Below, in pieces: positions 28,421-41,669 of a stretch of 64,000 nt of DNA (the first letter of the stretch is position 1; each line of letters starts with the position of its first letter). The notes beneath the pieces were generated by a model. It did no database searches and was not told where the DNA came from. It saw only the letters and a program-made list of their open reading frames with translations. This DNA is from Chrysomallon squamiferum (Eukaryota > Animalia > Mollusca): contig CM022679.1 of NCBI GenBank assembly GCA_012295275.1, forward strand, positions 13,082,001-13,146,000, in the 5' to 3' direction. A program made the translations under genes and the position numbers.

Positions 28421-28891
28421 CAGAGAGAAAGAGACTAACGATATTTCATACACAATAATTAAAAACCTTTGACAATACCAAATTAATTAATTATGCGTTC
28501 CAAGTTTAACAAATATTATTTAAACATATTTATAAATCGTACAATTACTCGACTAACCTATCAACTAAACATGACACTGTCGAAATATTCGTAGTCAGTA
28601 GAATGACAGCACGAGTATTTAACTACAGTTAGTTACCCGTACCTGATTTGTGGTTGTATTGTAGTCTGGGGTCCATGGCGGTTTCGCTAAAACAAAAGTT
28701 GTCCTGTGCATGGGCCTCAGCCCTCTGCGTCGTGTGACAGTTGTTGGAGGCGCTGATCGCAACTTCAGTCGGTCAGTGTACGCCTCGTGTCCAATTATTG
28801 GATAATGACATCCATCCTCCGTCAACAGTGTCTTAACGACTTTGCCTTGTCCGTGTTGAAGTTTGGGGTCAAACAAAGAATCATGTTTCAT
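22442..28891 (-). CDS. Uncharacterised 236-aa protein, TEX45/SAXO-like putative ciliary or sperm microtubule inner protein; 4 exons
   Basis: Exons 28891-28643, 24213-24061, 23381-23180 and 22548-22442 join GT-AG in frame (phases 0,0,1): MKHDSLFDPKLQHGQG...MHRTTFVLAKPPWTPDYNTTTNQ|YYGGSKTLLPAERPALCPSMHLSQFDIGNPQENPDWETDYCKTYPRKEIIP|ANRLHL...NYWTQYKRIHSKLG...KQYNIIT|GEMDGPAWKPDNRRISGNRVLLSARSAAVTSPILG*. The gene model is well supported; the family call is inferred from Mn-like motifs only. Confidence 0.8.
23041..23099. repeat. 59-nt duplicated element, copy B (in intron 3 of the minus-strand gene)
   Basis: aaataattgttcacccagacacataccacacactttcatactggagtttatagatatat, 4 mismatches to copy A. Confidence 0.85.
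23490..23575. repeat. (AAAAT)n microsatellite
   Basis: Directly visible. Confidence 0.95.
25170..25293. repeat. (AAT)n microsatellite
   Basis: Directly visible. Confidence 0.95.
27071..27134 (-). CDS. Candidate micro-ORF first exon (MGTWKPGLINNPVPTNKPNHT-G..., phase-1 donor) nested in intron 1 of the TEX45-like gene
   Basis: caacATGG Kozak context, 21 open codons, then G|gtaaaa donor, inside a small CpG-containing island. Downstream exons are uncertain. Confidence 0.45.
27177..27215 (-). promoter_or_regulatory. YY1-type AAAATGGC motif and pyrimidine start, putative housekeeping TSS region
   Basis: Minus strand reads ctttatgattttAAAATGGCtgactga. Local CpG cluster at the edge of a CpG-depleted domain. 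Confidence 0.4.
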
Positions 28892-29240
28892 TTTATCCTT
28901 TTGCTGTGTACTGCCCGAGCTAACTACATGTCCACGTCCAGAAGTAACCACGAAACCAAGTAACAGTTTAGTAGTAGATAACTCAAGCCATGCTAAATGT
29001 TGTGACCGGATAAATTGCGGTTCATTGCACGTGGCCGCTGCACAGCAAATAATGCTTTCGTGTTGTTGCGAGTCATTATGCACAAATATAGATCCATAGA
29101 ATTTTTTAATAGTCAGTTCGGTATCAAAGTAAAATGGAGATAATGAACAATATTTATGTTTGAATTTAATATCAATATATTACATATTTGTTTTATATCT
29201 ATTATTTGGCACGTTTTACAAGTAATTTTGAAATATAATG

Positions 29241-29255
29241 GTTGTCATGGGTAGC
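29241..29255. promoter_or_regulatory. Possible RFX X-box upstream of the TEX45-like gene
   Basis: GTTGTCATGGGTAGC resembles GTTNCCATGGNAAC and lies ~350 bp upstream of the ATG at 28891. The match is imperfect. Confidence 0.3.
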
Positions 29256-30580
29256 CTTTGAAAGGCGGTAAAGTCAGATAAAGAAAGTTCCTCGGACTAA
29301 TATTGTTGTTAATTTTGACTCCAGAGTTACCTCCCTTCACAGTTACTCGTGGGTTGAAGGAGTTCGTAGAAATGTAGGCTTCAAAAAATGCACTTTCCCT
29401 CAGTATGCCTGTTTTGCTATAATATATTTTCAGCGCCAGGATTTTAATTAATATTATATTTGTTTATTTAAACGCTATTTGTAGACAGAGTAGAACTGTA
29501 TTCGTCAATAAATCTGAATTTAATTCTGAAATTTCATTTTCTCGAGTTCTATGCTACATTGTAACGATTGTTATATAAGCCAATTATAACCAGTTTGAAT
29601 GAATATTCAGTTTTTTACTTCACTTCTTTATTATACATTATGCATTGTATATTATTATCATCCATCAAAACAAAGACTCACTCTTTACTGCATAAAATGT
29701 ATATTAAATGGAACTAACCTTTGCAATTTCCAGGAAGCGTTATTTAAATAATGCTCGTAAAAATTGGTTCAAAAATATTTTTTCAATAATAATAATAATT
29801 CATTGTGACATTACTTTTATTATCATTTTTTTTTTTTTGATGCAAACTTTGATTATTATAGATAGATCTAAAGAATTATATGCAACAGAAATGGTTTCGC
29901 GCATATAATTTATTATTTAGCTATATCAGTTTACCTAATAATACTTTTCTTCTCTGTATCGTCGAATGGATTTGATTATTTAATGTCTAGACGAAGATTA
30001 TTTCAAACTAAATCATTGGACTGCTGAGTAAGAAACTGCTTTAATCTGCATTGCGTCACAGTTCAAAATTAATGTTGGTTATTTTAAAAATATACTCCCA
30101 TACCTCATTATAAAATAATAAATAACTGAAATAATAATAATAATAATATATGTAATAATATAATATATAAATACATTTTTTTAAGTCATTTTAAAATAGG
30201 TGAAAGCAAAAACAAACCTTAAAAAAATATATATAAAATATAATATCAGATATTTCAAATGTGTAATTCACTTCTTTTTCGCTAATTAATTAAAGTAGTT
30301 AACTGATCACAAAATGCACCAGGCAGGTTCTTTGAATGCAGGTTTATTTTTGTATCTGCACATTTTTAAATTTTTTATTTTTTTATTTTTTTATTTTTTT
30401 ATTTTATTTTATTTTTTTTATTTTTTTTTTTTTCGCGTACGTAGTTGAAAGACATAAAACATAAAACTAACAAGCTAAAAGAAAATCTTCATAGCGCTGT
30501 AAAAATGGGCTGTCGATAAATAGATAATATAAACTATTAATAATGTTATTAACGAACTTTACATACGTTGTGAATGTCTG

Positions 30581-30644
<64 letters not shown>

Positions 30645-31454
30645 GAAACAAATCACTTCACGACAGACGAGAAATCAGTTCAGTAAAGCATCGCATGCTT
30701 CATCCTGATTAGCTGTGACAGTATATTGGTCAACTACTTGTTTGAACTAACTGCTAATGTTCTCGTTATCTTTTTTTCCATTAAAGTCAAAAGGAATCCA
30801 TCTTCGTTTATCCCACGTCTCCAGAAGCACATCAATCAACTACTGATAAATTAAGACCGGTTCATTACTGACAAACGAGTAAGACGAGTCTTGATCTAAA
30901 ACAATATTTTAATGACGAAGTGGAAAGACTTTTTAACGAACCGATAAAAAAATGTCATGTTCTGATAAAACGTATACCAGTTTCTAGAGTCTTCTTTTCA
31001 TACCCTTTTCGATCTGCACGCACAAAGTATTGCTAATAAAAGTGACTTGATGAGATTCTTTCTTTGGCTGGAAACAAGCAGTGAGAATTTAACCAGGTGA
31101 ACATGTGATGTCTTGTTGTACAAAAAAAGAAAAGAAAAAAAGACAACAATGATATGAGGATGTCGTAGATTCAAAGAATTTTTTTCAGATTATATAACAA
31201 AGAAAAGAAGAACAAAAACAAAAGACGGAAACAAAATGTTGACGGAGATGTAGGTGTGTTTTAGACTGTTGTATGACATTCTGATCTGGACCGGATGAAA
31301 TGATGTCATCATAGGTACAATTATAAACACAGATGGTTTGCGCACTGTGGTAAGGCATCTCCATAACAATAAAATAATAATAATAATAATGATTTGGTCA
31401 GTTTAAAAAATCAAAATATGTGAGTATATTACAGAAAAAAAAAGAAGGAAAAAA

Positions 31455-32381
31455 ATGAATTTTACTAACAGAACATATTCAGGAGCAGGATTGCCAGCAT
31501 TTGTGACTTCACTGCTGATTTCCGTTATTGCTTTGCTGGTTATTGTTGGAGGTAACATCTTGACACTGGTGGCAATATGGCGCACACGAAGCTTGCAGAC
31601 GATAACCAATATGTACGTGACGTCACTCGCTCTTGCGGATCTTCTCACGGGATGTCTCGTGGTGCTGAACATGCTGCTGACGGTGGAGGTGTCGCAGGAC
31701 CTGCACTACAACAAAGCGCTGTGTCTAGCGGAGCTCGTTGTCATCCTCGCCGTAGTCGGCGTTTCCGTCACCACGATGGTGACAATCGCCTTCGACAGGT
31801 ACGTCTACATCGTCCATCCCATGTACTACATAAAAATAATCAACCCGCGGAGAGCGAAAGTCATCATAGTGACAACGTGGACGTTCTCCGTGTGTTCCAG
31901 TGTCTTTCCCATGTTTCACAGCAAGTGGGACCCAGCCGTGGGGTGCGTCCTGCCTCTCACCGCGCCCATCGAGTTCGTCTACAGGTTCATCGGCTCCTAT
32001 TTCGCGGTGGCCAGCGTTTCGACAGGTTTCCTCTACGGGGCGATTATCAGAACGGCATGGCGGCAGAACCGCCGCGTTGCCGTGGAGATGAAGACGAACG
32101 CGTTCACGAAATCGAGCTGGAAGCTCATCAAGTTATTTCTGGTGCTGTTTGGTATCTTCTTCGTGTGCTGGACGTTCGTTGCGCTCGTGTTTGTTCTCAG
32201 TCGGTTCACGACCGCACCGCCCTGGGCTTCCTACATTTCCTTTCGTTTAATATTTGTTAACTCCGGTGCGAACTTTTTCGTCTACGCATGGATGAACAGA
32301 GATTTCCGAAATGCGTTCAAAAACATCCTTCTTCAGCGTGGAAACTGCACTCGGCACAGAAATAGCATATGGACCGTCTAG
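31455..32381 (+). CDS. Class A (rhodopsin-like) orphan GPCR, cluster gene 1, 308 aa, intronless CDS
   Basis: Seven hydrophobic segments; TM1 GN, TM2 LALAD, C3.25, TM3 DRY, TM6 FFVCWTF, TM7 NSGANFFVY, helix 8 FRNAF. Confidence 0.95.
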   Translation: MNFTNRTYSGAGLPAFVTSLLISVIALLVIVGGNILTLVAIWRTRSLQTITNMYVTSLALADLLTGCLVVLNMLLTVEVSQDLHYNKALCLAELVVILAVVGVSVTTMVTIAFDRYVYIVHPMYYIKIINPRRAKVIIVTTWTFSVCSSVFPMFHSKWDPAVGCVLPLTAPIEFVYRFIGSYFAVASVSTGFLYGAIIRTAWRQNRRVAVEMKTNAFTKSSWKLIKLFLVLFGIFFVCWTFVALVFVLSRFTTAPPWASYISFRLIFVNSGANFFVYAWMNRDFRNAFKNILLQRGNCTRHRNSIWTV

Positions 32382-32558
32382 GATGCAGAGAAAGTTCGTG
32401 AAGAAATTGTTGTATCACTTCGGCATATGCTGCTGATATCGTTAAAACACATATCATAACAAGTTTTTCTGTTCTTTTTCGTGTTCTCAGTTGATGAATC
32501 ACATTTTCTTACATACATACACCCACATAGTGTTTTATAAGTTATTTGGGTACAAACC

Positions 32559-32599
<41 letters not shown>

Positions 32600-32711
32600 A
32601 AACACACACACACACACACACTTAAACACACACACACACACCTATAAAATAAGCACTTATAGATACTTATACTTTCTTACATTTAGCCTATAATCCTATA
32701 TTATTTGAGAT

Positions 32712-32925
32712 GACGTGGCTCACTGGTAAAGCGTTCGCTCAAGATGTCAATGTTCTGTTCTGTGACTCTCCTGTGTGTGGGATGGTGCATATAAAGCATC
32801 CCTTACTGCTAATACAGTGGTGGTGGTGGTAGGATACCTTCATTATTGTGGATTTAACCATACGTATGCGGACATATTTACAACCATGAACAAAATGTTG
32901 AGTTTAGTTATTAGTGTCCTTTTTT
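32712..32925 (+). mobile_element. Decayed tRNA-derived SINE
   Basis: A-box-like head gacgtggctcactggtaaagcgttcgc; central ctgtgtgtgggatggtgcatataaagcatcccttactgctaat, typical of mollusc SINE cores; tail ttaaccata...aaaatgttgagt. Confidence 0.65.
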
Positions 32926-33504
32926 TTCCCATTCCCCTATCAGGTTTATGTGTATAAAAAGATTTTTAATTAGAGTAGTAGGAGAGCTACATGTCAGACG
33001 TGTTTGATGTTTTTTGATTTATGTACATTTTTCTTCTTGTTATTTTTGTATGCATTTATCATTTTACGCAATTAAGCCTGACACTGAAAAAGATGTTGGC
33101 ATTTTAACAACTGGATCAGCTTCACCGTCTGCTTCCTTATTTTAATTGAAATCTTCTGATCATTCTGAGAAATGTGTCAGACCTACTTGCCGGCAGAATG
33201 TTTCTTTTTAAAAAAATTTTTTTTTTTTTCTTCTTCTCGACAACGCGACCTAACCTCTTTCTTTCATTTTTATTTTTTTTTTATTTTTTTTTTTTTTTTT
33301 GATATATTTTTTTTAATTAAGACCTGTAATGAGAATAGGGTAATTTTATACTTTACTTATTTTCAAACTTTCTTTGGAAAGTTAATTAATAACATGAAAA
33401 CATCTGGAAATCGTTTTACTGTCACCGTAAATCTTCTTTTTTTTTTTCATTTTTTTTTTCATTTTAGTCTTCTTCATCATTATCTTCATCATCGTCGTCG
33501 TCGC

Positions 33505-33552
<48 letters not shown>

Positions 33553-34347
33553 TATTCATTAATATTTCAATTTTATGGCATCTAAACACTCAGTCCATGT
33601 GAAAATATGTGTGTACTGACAGATTAGACACACAGAAAAAAAACAGACAGACAGACACATATAGCTAGCATCTAATTAAACTATTATGCTTCTTCATCTT
33701 CTTCAACGTTTAGAAAATTCTTTTTAAACACCAGATGCAGCAAAACACTGAAATAAACTCGATTAAACACGAGCCGACCAAATCGATACGGTAATCTCTG
33801 ATATGACGGGGTTTTTTTACCTGAAAGATATTTATTTGAACAGCTGTTCACTGAAACACTGGGTTACTAGACAATCTTCTTACATCCGTATTCAAGGTTA
33901 AGGTGTTTCCGTCTTGGATAAGATCAACACTGATAATTATAATGGAGGCGGGGCAAAGGTCCGTGCCTCAAACGAACGTAGCATCTCAATTTTGTTAATG
34001 AGCGAAAGATAACAATACTGTTTAACAAATGGCATGTACTCTTATTGCGGTTTCAGGAAATCTGCAAATTAAACCTATCTAAAGATACAGACATATGAAG
34101 GCACGCACGCGTTATCCCGCGCACACTGTGTGTGTTAGGCTAGTCGTTCTAGCCGTATTAAAGTTATTTCCCGTGTGTTTATTGTTGTTTCGGTTAATAT
34201 TGTTTTACATTTGTGTTACTACTGCCGCTGCCGCTGATGCTGCTTACTGCATCAGCTGTTACTATTACTACTACTGCTTCTGCCACCACCACTACCCCTG
34301 CTACCATTACTACTACATCTATTATTGCTGCTGCTACTACTACCACA

Positions 34348-34393
<46 letters not shown>

Positions 34394-35127
34394 GTCGTAG
34401 CATTATTAGTAGCAGCGGGAGCAGTAGTATTGTTGTTGTTGTTATGGTTATTGTTATTATTATTATTATCATCATCATCATCATCTCTGCCTGTAAAAAA
34501 TGGAATGTTTGATAAGAGATACTGCTAGTAAACTCTTGTCTTTGTTCAGATGCGGTTACGTGTTTAATAATAAAATATAAAGCATCTCTTGTTATTGATT
34601 ATTATTAAACTATTACTATTTAACGGGTTAGTCAGATGCGTTCTTCAGTAAAACATCTTCTCTTCAACAAGGACGTTTAGATGGACAGTCTGGAATAAGT
34701 TACAAAACAGAATTCTAATCTTAAGAGTGTTAACAGAATGTGTATTTTACTTGGTTTTTTGAAGCTTTTGGATTATGGAACAGTTGAATAGATCGTTTAT
34801 TATTTATGAAAAAATAGAATACGTTTAGTAAAGCAACATACAAAACAGAAGCCTGTCACAGTGGCAAAGGCAGTTAAGTGAACTGGTTGGAATTTGAAAT
34901 TATGCCTGACCTCAGAAGAGAATGCGTTTGGGTACGTGGAAATTTTGAATCTGGAATTTAGAGCGGCAGAAAATAAAATATAAGGATATAACACTCATGG
35001 TAATGCTTTTTTAAATACACAACACTGGATTTAAAAACTTTATTATTTCTAAATTCATTATAATTTGGTACAAGACTTTTAATAACAGTTCTTGAAACCG
35101 AATTTATAACATCTTAGTAAATAAAAG

Positions 35128-36093
35128 ATGGCGGACTACAGTATGCTGTATAATGTAACTCACAAAGCAGAAGAGTGTGACTTAGAAAACTCGACGGTGT
35201 CAAAGGTTCCAGAGATGTCTGCAGTAGATGCAATGTTCACTATCATCTACTGGCTTCTTGCATTAGTCATCTGCTTCTCAAACTCCATCACCATTTTAAT
35301 CGTTTGTCAAACTCGGTCACTCAGGACGATCCCTAACATGTACATCGTGACTTTAGCCGTTGCAGACTTTCTGATCGGTGTCAACCTGCCGTACTTCACC
35401 GTGACAAATTTCCCGTCCATGATGCTGTATTTTTCAACCAGACCTTATATGTGTCTGGCGCGGTATATCCTTCTATACACATTTCTCTCCAACTCTTTTC
35501 TGTGTATTTTCTGCATCGCTTTGGATCGCTATGTGTTTATTGTGCATCCACTGAGATACAAACAAATCGTCAGCGTCCGCAGAACAAGCTGCATCATCTT
35601 CTTGACGTGGGCGCTGTCGTGTTGTTTCAGCCTCTCAGCAATCTGGAACTTCAGCTGGAACGGGAAATGCGACGTTTACAGCGTCATCAGCAGAGGATAC
35701 CAACTTTACGGACTCACCCCGTTCTTGGGCATCGTCTTCATCCTGACGGCGTTGTTATACATCAGCATCACGAAGACTGCCATGAGGCAGAGAAACGCCG
35801 TGTCCAACGTGATCGTGCTGCAACCTGCCAGAGAGGAGTTCCTCAGGCGAAGCACGCTCAGGTCTATGAAGCTCTTCCTGGTTGTCTACGGAATGTTCGT
35901 CTTGTGTTGGATTCCTGCCTACGTCCAGACCATCATCGGAAACACTGTTGGCTCAACGACTCTTGCGTTTCACATCTGTTTCACTTTAGGCATATCAAAT
36001 TCTGGAATCAACTTCGTTATTTATGCCTGCATGAGTAAAGAATTTAGGAAAGCTGTAAATGCATTTGCGCTTAGAAAATGTAACCTTGTTTGA
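35128..36093 (+). CDS. Class A orphan GPCR, cluster gene 2, 321 aa
   Basis: SLRTIPNMYIVTLAVADF, CLARY, DRY, CWIP, NSGINFVIY, FRKA; N-glycosylation sites in the N-terminus. Confidence 0.95.
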   Translation: MADYSMLYNVTHKAEECDLENSTVSKVPEMSAVDAMFTIIYWLLALVICFSNSITILIVCQTRSLRTIPNMYIVTLAVADFLIGVNLPYFTVTNFPSMMLYFSTRPYMCLARYILLYTFLSNSFLCIFCIALDRYVFIVHPLRYKQIVSVRRTSCIIFLTWALSCCFSLSAIWNFSWNGKCDVYSVISRGYQLYGLTPFLGIVFILTALLYISITKTAMRQRNAVSNVIVLQPAREEFLRRSTLRSMKLFLVVYGMFVLCWIPAYVQTIIGNTVGSTTLAFHICFTLGISNSGINFVIYACMSKEFRKAVNAFALRKCNLV

Positions 36094-36172
36094 ATGCTTT
36101 CTGTGCTTAGAAAATGTAACCTTGTTTGAATGCTTTCTGTGCTTAGAAAATGTAACCTTGTTTGAATGCTTT
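36069..36172 (+). repeat. 36-bp tandem repeat, 3 copies, spanning the stop codon of GPCR gene 2
   Basis: Unit gcttagaaaatgtaaccttgtttgaatgctttctgt. Confidence 0.95.
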
Positions 36173-36765
36173 ACGTGCTATAAAATAAATCTGATTAATT
36201 ATCTACATGGTAAGCGTTACTTATTATTTTTTTTTTTTTATTTTCAATAATTTAATTATTATTACTGTTTCATTTTGTTTTTCCTGTCATTATAGAGAGT
36301 TATGCTGAATATATTTTCTATTCTGTTATGCAATTACCAATAACATTCTATGAAATCATGCTTTGTAAAGCACTGTCATTTTTATGTCTATACTTCTTCC
36401 AAAATGTGCATTTTTGTTTCGACGCCGCATCAGTTTCACTGCTTTGATGCGTTATGTGGTAACATTTATCACTGCGTAGGTAACTTTGGCTCAGTAAAAA
36501 TGAAAACTGAAAATAGCATACGCAAGTGATAAGATAAAACAAGCGGTAATGGAAGTACAGAATGGAGAACACACTATAAAGCTATTACACGCCTCTATTA
36601 CAGTCACTGCAGCAGCTTGCACAAATATTTATGTAAAAAATGTTTATCATGCTCAGACTCTGTGTGTATATTACCTACCCATCATGATGCATGCAGTCGA
36701 TCAGATTAGATGAATGCGAGCTGAATTTGGCAGCTGTTTAATAAATAGTAATTAATTCGAAAAAT

Positions 36766-36896
<131 letters not shown>

Positions 36897-37849
36897 CCAG
36901 TGCAAAATAATGAACGTATAATCCTTGAAACATAAGCACATATGTACATCTTCAGACTAAGAGAGTCGATCAGAATAGAAGGTAATGTTAGATAACAGTA
37001 ATCTTGCACGCAAAGTATTTGAACATTTTGCAATTTTTTTTTTTAACATTATACAGTATTAAAATTTATCTATTTAATAGCTGCAATTTATACTGCCTGC
37101 AATGGGATGCAGGAAAATGAATGTGCTGCCTGGCGGTACTACATTATTTTGTAAGACATCATGGCATGTTTTTATCTAAATAAAGCTGTACCTAGCATTC
37201 TTTCGTTTTACTGTGTACTGTAACTCTTGAGATGCACTCACGCAAGATTTTTTTTAATTTTTTTTTATCTGTCTGTCTGTATGTTTATTATTGTGAGTGT
37301 GGGTATATTATAATAAATGTACTGAATTAAGAATATTTATTGATAACTTAAAAGTTCAGATGCTTATTATCTCATTTAATTAGGAAATATCACAATTACT
37401 CAAAATTGAAGAAAATAATTATATTCGTGAATTACTATGACACCTTTTCTATTTTTTTCCTGAAATTGATCATATCACTAAAAATAAACACAAACAAAAA
37501 AATTGATATTCGTTTTAATTTCCACATACTGTCCGAGTGCTCGACTGAGACATAATGGATCGCTTAAAAAAGAAACTTTGCCGTTAAAAGAAAAGAGTAA
37601 CCCATGTATAACTTGACTAACCTACGTCAGTTGTCTACAAATTGTCGTTGTCTACAAATAAAACACGCTCTGTGCATAGCGTCTAATAATAACCTTAATT
37701 TCAAACTGTTTTAACAAGTGATTCATTTCTAAATATTTAAGTAAATATACAGACTCTTCCGATTTGAGAACAATGCACACTTTATTCATTATTTTATAAC
37801 AATCACATCGATACGATTATTTATTATTTAAAAAAAAAAAAAAAAAAAA

Positions 37850-38035
37850 TCCCAGGAACGTCCTATCTGGTCTGAGACAAGACGCATATAAAAGAGTTCT
37901 TGTTGCTATCTGAAATCACCTCAGCGAGTTGCGTTTCCCATCAGTGTTGAAATTAAACCTTGTGCGTGAAGCCAATATAACCCGCAGATTCAAAATATAA
38001 TGTGCGCATCCTTTAATAAAACATTTGTTCCTAAT
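37850..38035 (+). mobile_element. Diverged SINE core and tail (same family as 32712-32925)
   Basis: tcctatctggtctgagacaagacgcatataaaagagttcttgttgcta...gccaatataacccgc...ctttaataaaacattt follows the same core/tail pattern. Confidence 0.55.
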
Positions 38036-38389
38036 CTTCCGTTATAAACATTACTGCGACTTTACAAAGGTTCTGTGTTTCCTTAAACCAGACAAGATTT
38101 GAAACGTGCCAGTCTGTGCCGATATCTTCTCGTTTGATGCCAGTTCGGATGGTGAGGGAAATAATTCTTTGGATGTGATTAGATTCACTCGACAGACTGA
38201 GTGAGGTAAGACAGTCTTCATTTCTGAAATAAAGAGAACTGCAAACGGTGAGTAGTTACAGTACAGGCTAAAACCATTGAGTATGTATGTGAGTGTGTGA
38301 GTGTGAGTGTGTGTGATGCGTGTGTTCGTGTGTGTGTGTGCAAATATATATGTGTGTGATGCGTGTGTTCGTGTGTGTGTGTGCAAATA

Positions 38390-38447
<58 letters not shown>

Positions 38448-38709
38448 CAGACATAACACACACATAACACACTCATATATACACATACATATAAATGTAC
38501 ATATATTGTAATATGTTATGTTTTATGATATGTTGTTATGTTTTGTTTTGTTATATCATCATTTTTTCATTATTATTATTATTATTTTTATTAGTGTAAT
38601 TGGTTTTGGTTATTAACAAAAAAGAACAATTTAATGAAAATTCATACAAGTTGAATTACATACAGTTAGACATGCATACATACACTCACACACACACACA
38701 CACAGTCAT

Positions 38710-38748
<39 letters not shown>

Positions 38749-39212
38749 CACACACATGCATGCATGTTATGATTTCATTATCTAAGATAAACTGCACAAA
38801 TTATTTTCTGTTTGAGCTTTACTAAACATTGTATACGTTGTTTGTGTAATAACATAAGCGGTTAATGATGTAGTTAATGCTATGTTATTAAAACAACTAA
38901 CGAGAAACATGTGCCACGGTTATTTATACTCACGTCGTTGTAAGTCAGTATCTGGTGTGTCGAGTAACTCTCTCGTGTCGTTTTATTTTCATATTAAAAT
39001 GGTTCTGTGCGAAGTAATAAAATAGAATAAAATTAAATAACGTGTTTTAAAAGCCAGCATTTGCGGATGTGTATTCGTATGTATATGTATGCTGAAATTT
39101 AGTGTTTTTGTGTATGTATATGTATGTATATGTAGCTCTCTGTGTTGTTTTTTTCTTTCTATACATGCATACAAAATTTCATGTATATATATATGTTGTG
39201 TACATGTGTGTG

Positions 39213-39308
<96 letters not shown>

Positions 39309-39716
39309 GGTTACCTCACACATGTTACTGGTAATTCCATATCTGATATTTTACAAAGGTAATCGTCTTGTACATGGTATAATTATCATATTGATGAACA
39401 GAATGCATTTAACCGCTATTGTCACAAGTGTTATGGTATAAAAGCAATCATTAACAGAATCAGTGGATGTTTCGTTCAAAATATAATTACACTGATGAAG
39501 TATTATACTGCGGCTTTCTGTTTAACAGGCTGGTTCGGTGTTATGTAATTATGTTAAAGTCAACTTCTGCAAAAGGTGATATCATGACATATGTCGAATA
39601 TGTTGCTGTAATAAGTTTCAGTAACAACAACAATAATAATGATAATATTAACAGATAAATAAATGAAAACATGAAATAAAGAAGACTGGTATTTGCTTTA
39701 AACATACACCATGAAG

Positions 39717-39844
<128 letters not shown>

Positions 39845-41617
39845 ATCTATTACAGGCTAATTGCCAAGACATTTCAAATACTGAAGCTATTAACTCTTAT
39901 TAAGTGTATCTTTTCCCTAAACACTAATTAAAGCCAATTAAACCTGCGCGTGTGTTACAACCCCCTATAGAGACCAAATCTAAACACCATCATCCAACAC
40001 AGTTAAAATCATTAACAAATCGCACAGAACCACTGTTTCCTTTCTTTGTTACCTTTGTGTGGTTTTTTGGCTTAAATTTATAAACATGCTTCCAACCATG
40101 AAGTGTTCAAGCATGCCTCTCCAGGGAACCGTCTGGGATTTCTCCAGAGAGTTCTATGGATAAACTGGTTTTGACGTTTTGCCAGAACTGCAGTTTGTTA
40201 CATGCGAGATTTCGCCGGGATGCAAAGTGCAGGGTAAACAGTCTCGGTGATGAATTACTCGCCTCTTGTCGGATAGCCAATAAAAAGACGACTCTCGTAA
40301 ATAACGGCCGAGAGAAGGAGAGATTTCTGTTTCCTTCACAATCTCGGAAAATCGTTTAAAACGTTACTAGACGCACGTGTCAGAATCTTTTTTAAAAGTG
40401 AGAGAAATAATAGAAAGTGGTTCTTTTTTTTTTTAAAAAAATATATATATGTATTTAGGGTTATCAGGGACATAGAAAGAGTAATAATAAAGGAATTAGG
40501 GAAGACGCTTACTTAAAAAAGTAAGTAAATGCCTTACATTTTGTATTATTTTGTTTTCGTCTAATGCTTGTGCCAACCGCTTTAACGATTATGTTGTTAT
40601 TCTGACATGTTTGTAGACTACATCTACTGAAACGTAAGCTGCTGTGCTTTATTTTGTATTAGCGCGTAATATAACGCACATTACTCTGTACCATTAGGTT
40701 TAAACGCATACTCTAACATGTTTGCTAATGAATATACCATTATTTGCAGTTATACTTTATAATTTTAGTGCCTATTGTAGTAGTAGTTTTAGTAGCATCG
40801 GCAGCAGTAGTAGCAGTAGTAGTAGTAGTAGAGTAGCAGTAGCAGCAGAAGACGAAGAAATGGTTGTGTAGGGTGTAGGTAGTAGCAGTAGAAGCTTCAG
40901 ACGTTTACGAATAAAAAAAATCTCTCCGATTTATTAAATAATTCATTATGAGAAAGTCTAAGTAAGACAAAATATACATGTGTCTGAGCATGCACTATAA
41001 AGCACAGATGTGTCACTAAGACAGCTTTATTTTTTAATTTAATAAAAATATGTCACGTAAGAAGGATCTACGCATATCTGGGTATATACGCATATACTTA
41101 ATTTACACATTTACAGCAGGACAGATCAGTCCAAAGCTAAACCTACAGAATAATACTTCTGATTTTATAAATCAAAATACAAAATTCACTTGACGAACTC
41201 CTGTTCTGAAATGCGTCCAATACTAACAAGACACTTATATACCTGCATATTCATTTCGTTCGATAAAACCGTAGCGAACAAGAAACGAAGATTAAGTTGT
41301 TGAATATCGGAGATAGCGAGAAGCCATTCTCATCGCGATTCTCTTATCTTTTGGTGAACCCGGAGAAGTCTGCTGTTGATGAATCTCGCACACGGAGCAT
41401 GGAGCTTTGATAACAAATCTAATACATTATCGTTACCCACACAAGCGGAAGTAAACATCACCAACAGTGATGCATGCCTCTAATCATGATGCCATCTGGT
41501 AAAAGATTTGGTGTAATTATCATGTTCTAAAATGTCTGAAGATACTGTGTACGTACATATGTTTGGATGTGTTTTTCTATGTACGTAAACGTGTGTGTTT
41601 ATATAAAGCTATATATA

Positions 41618-41669
<52 letters not shown>

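Noticed and set aside
28892-29083. N-terminal 64 codons of ORF 28619-29083
   Set aside because: It starts at GTG. The first ATG with good context is 28891, so this stretch is treated as 5'UTR.
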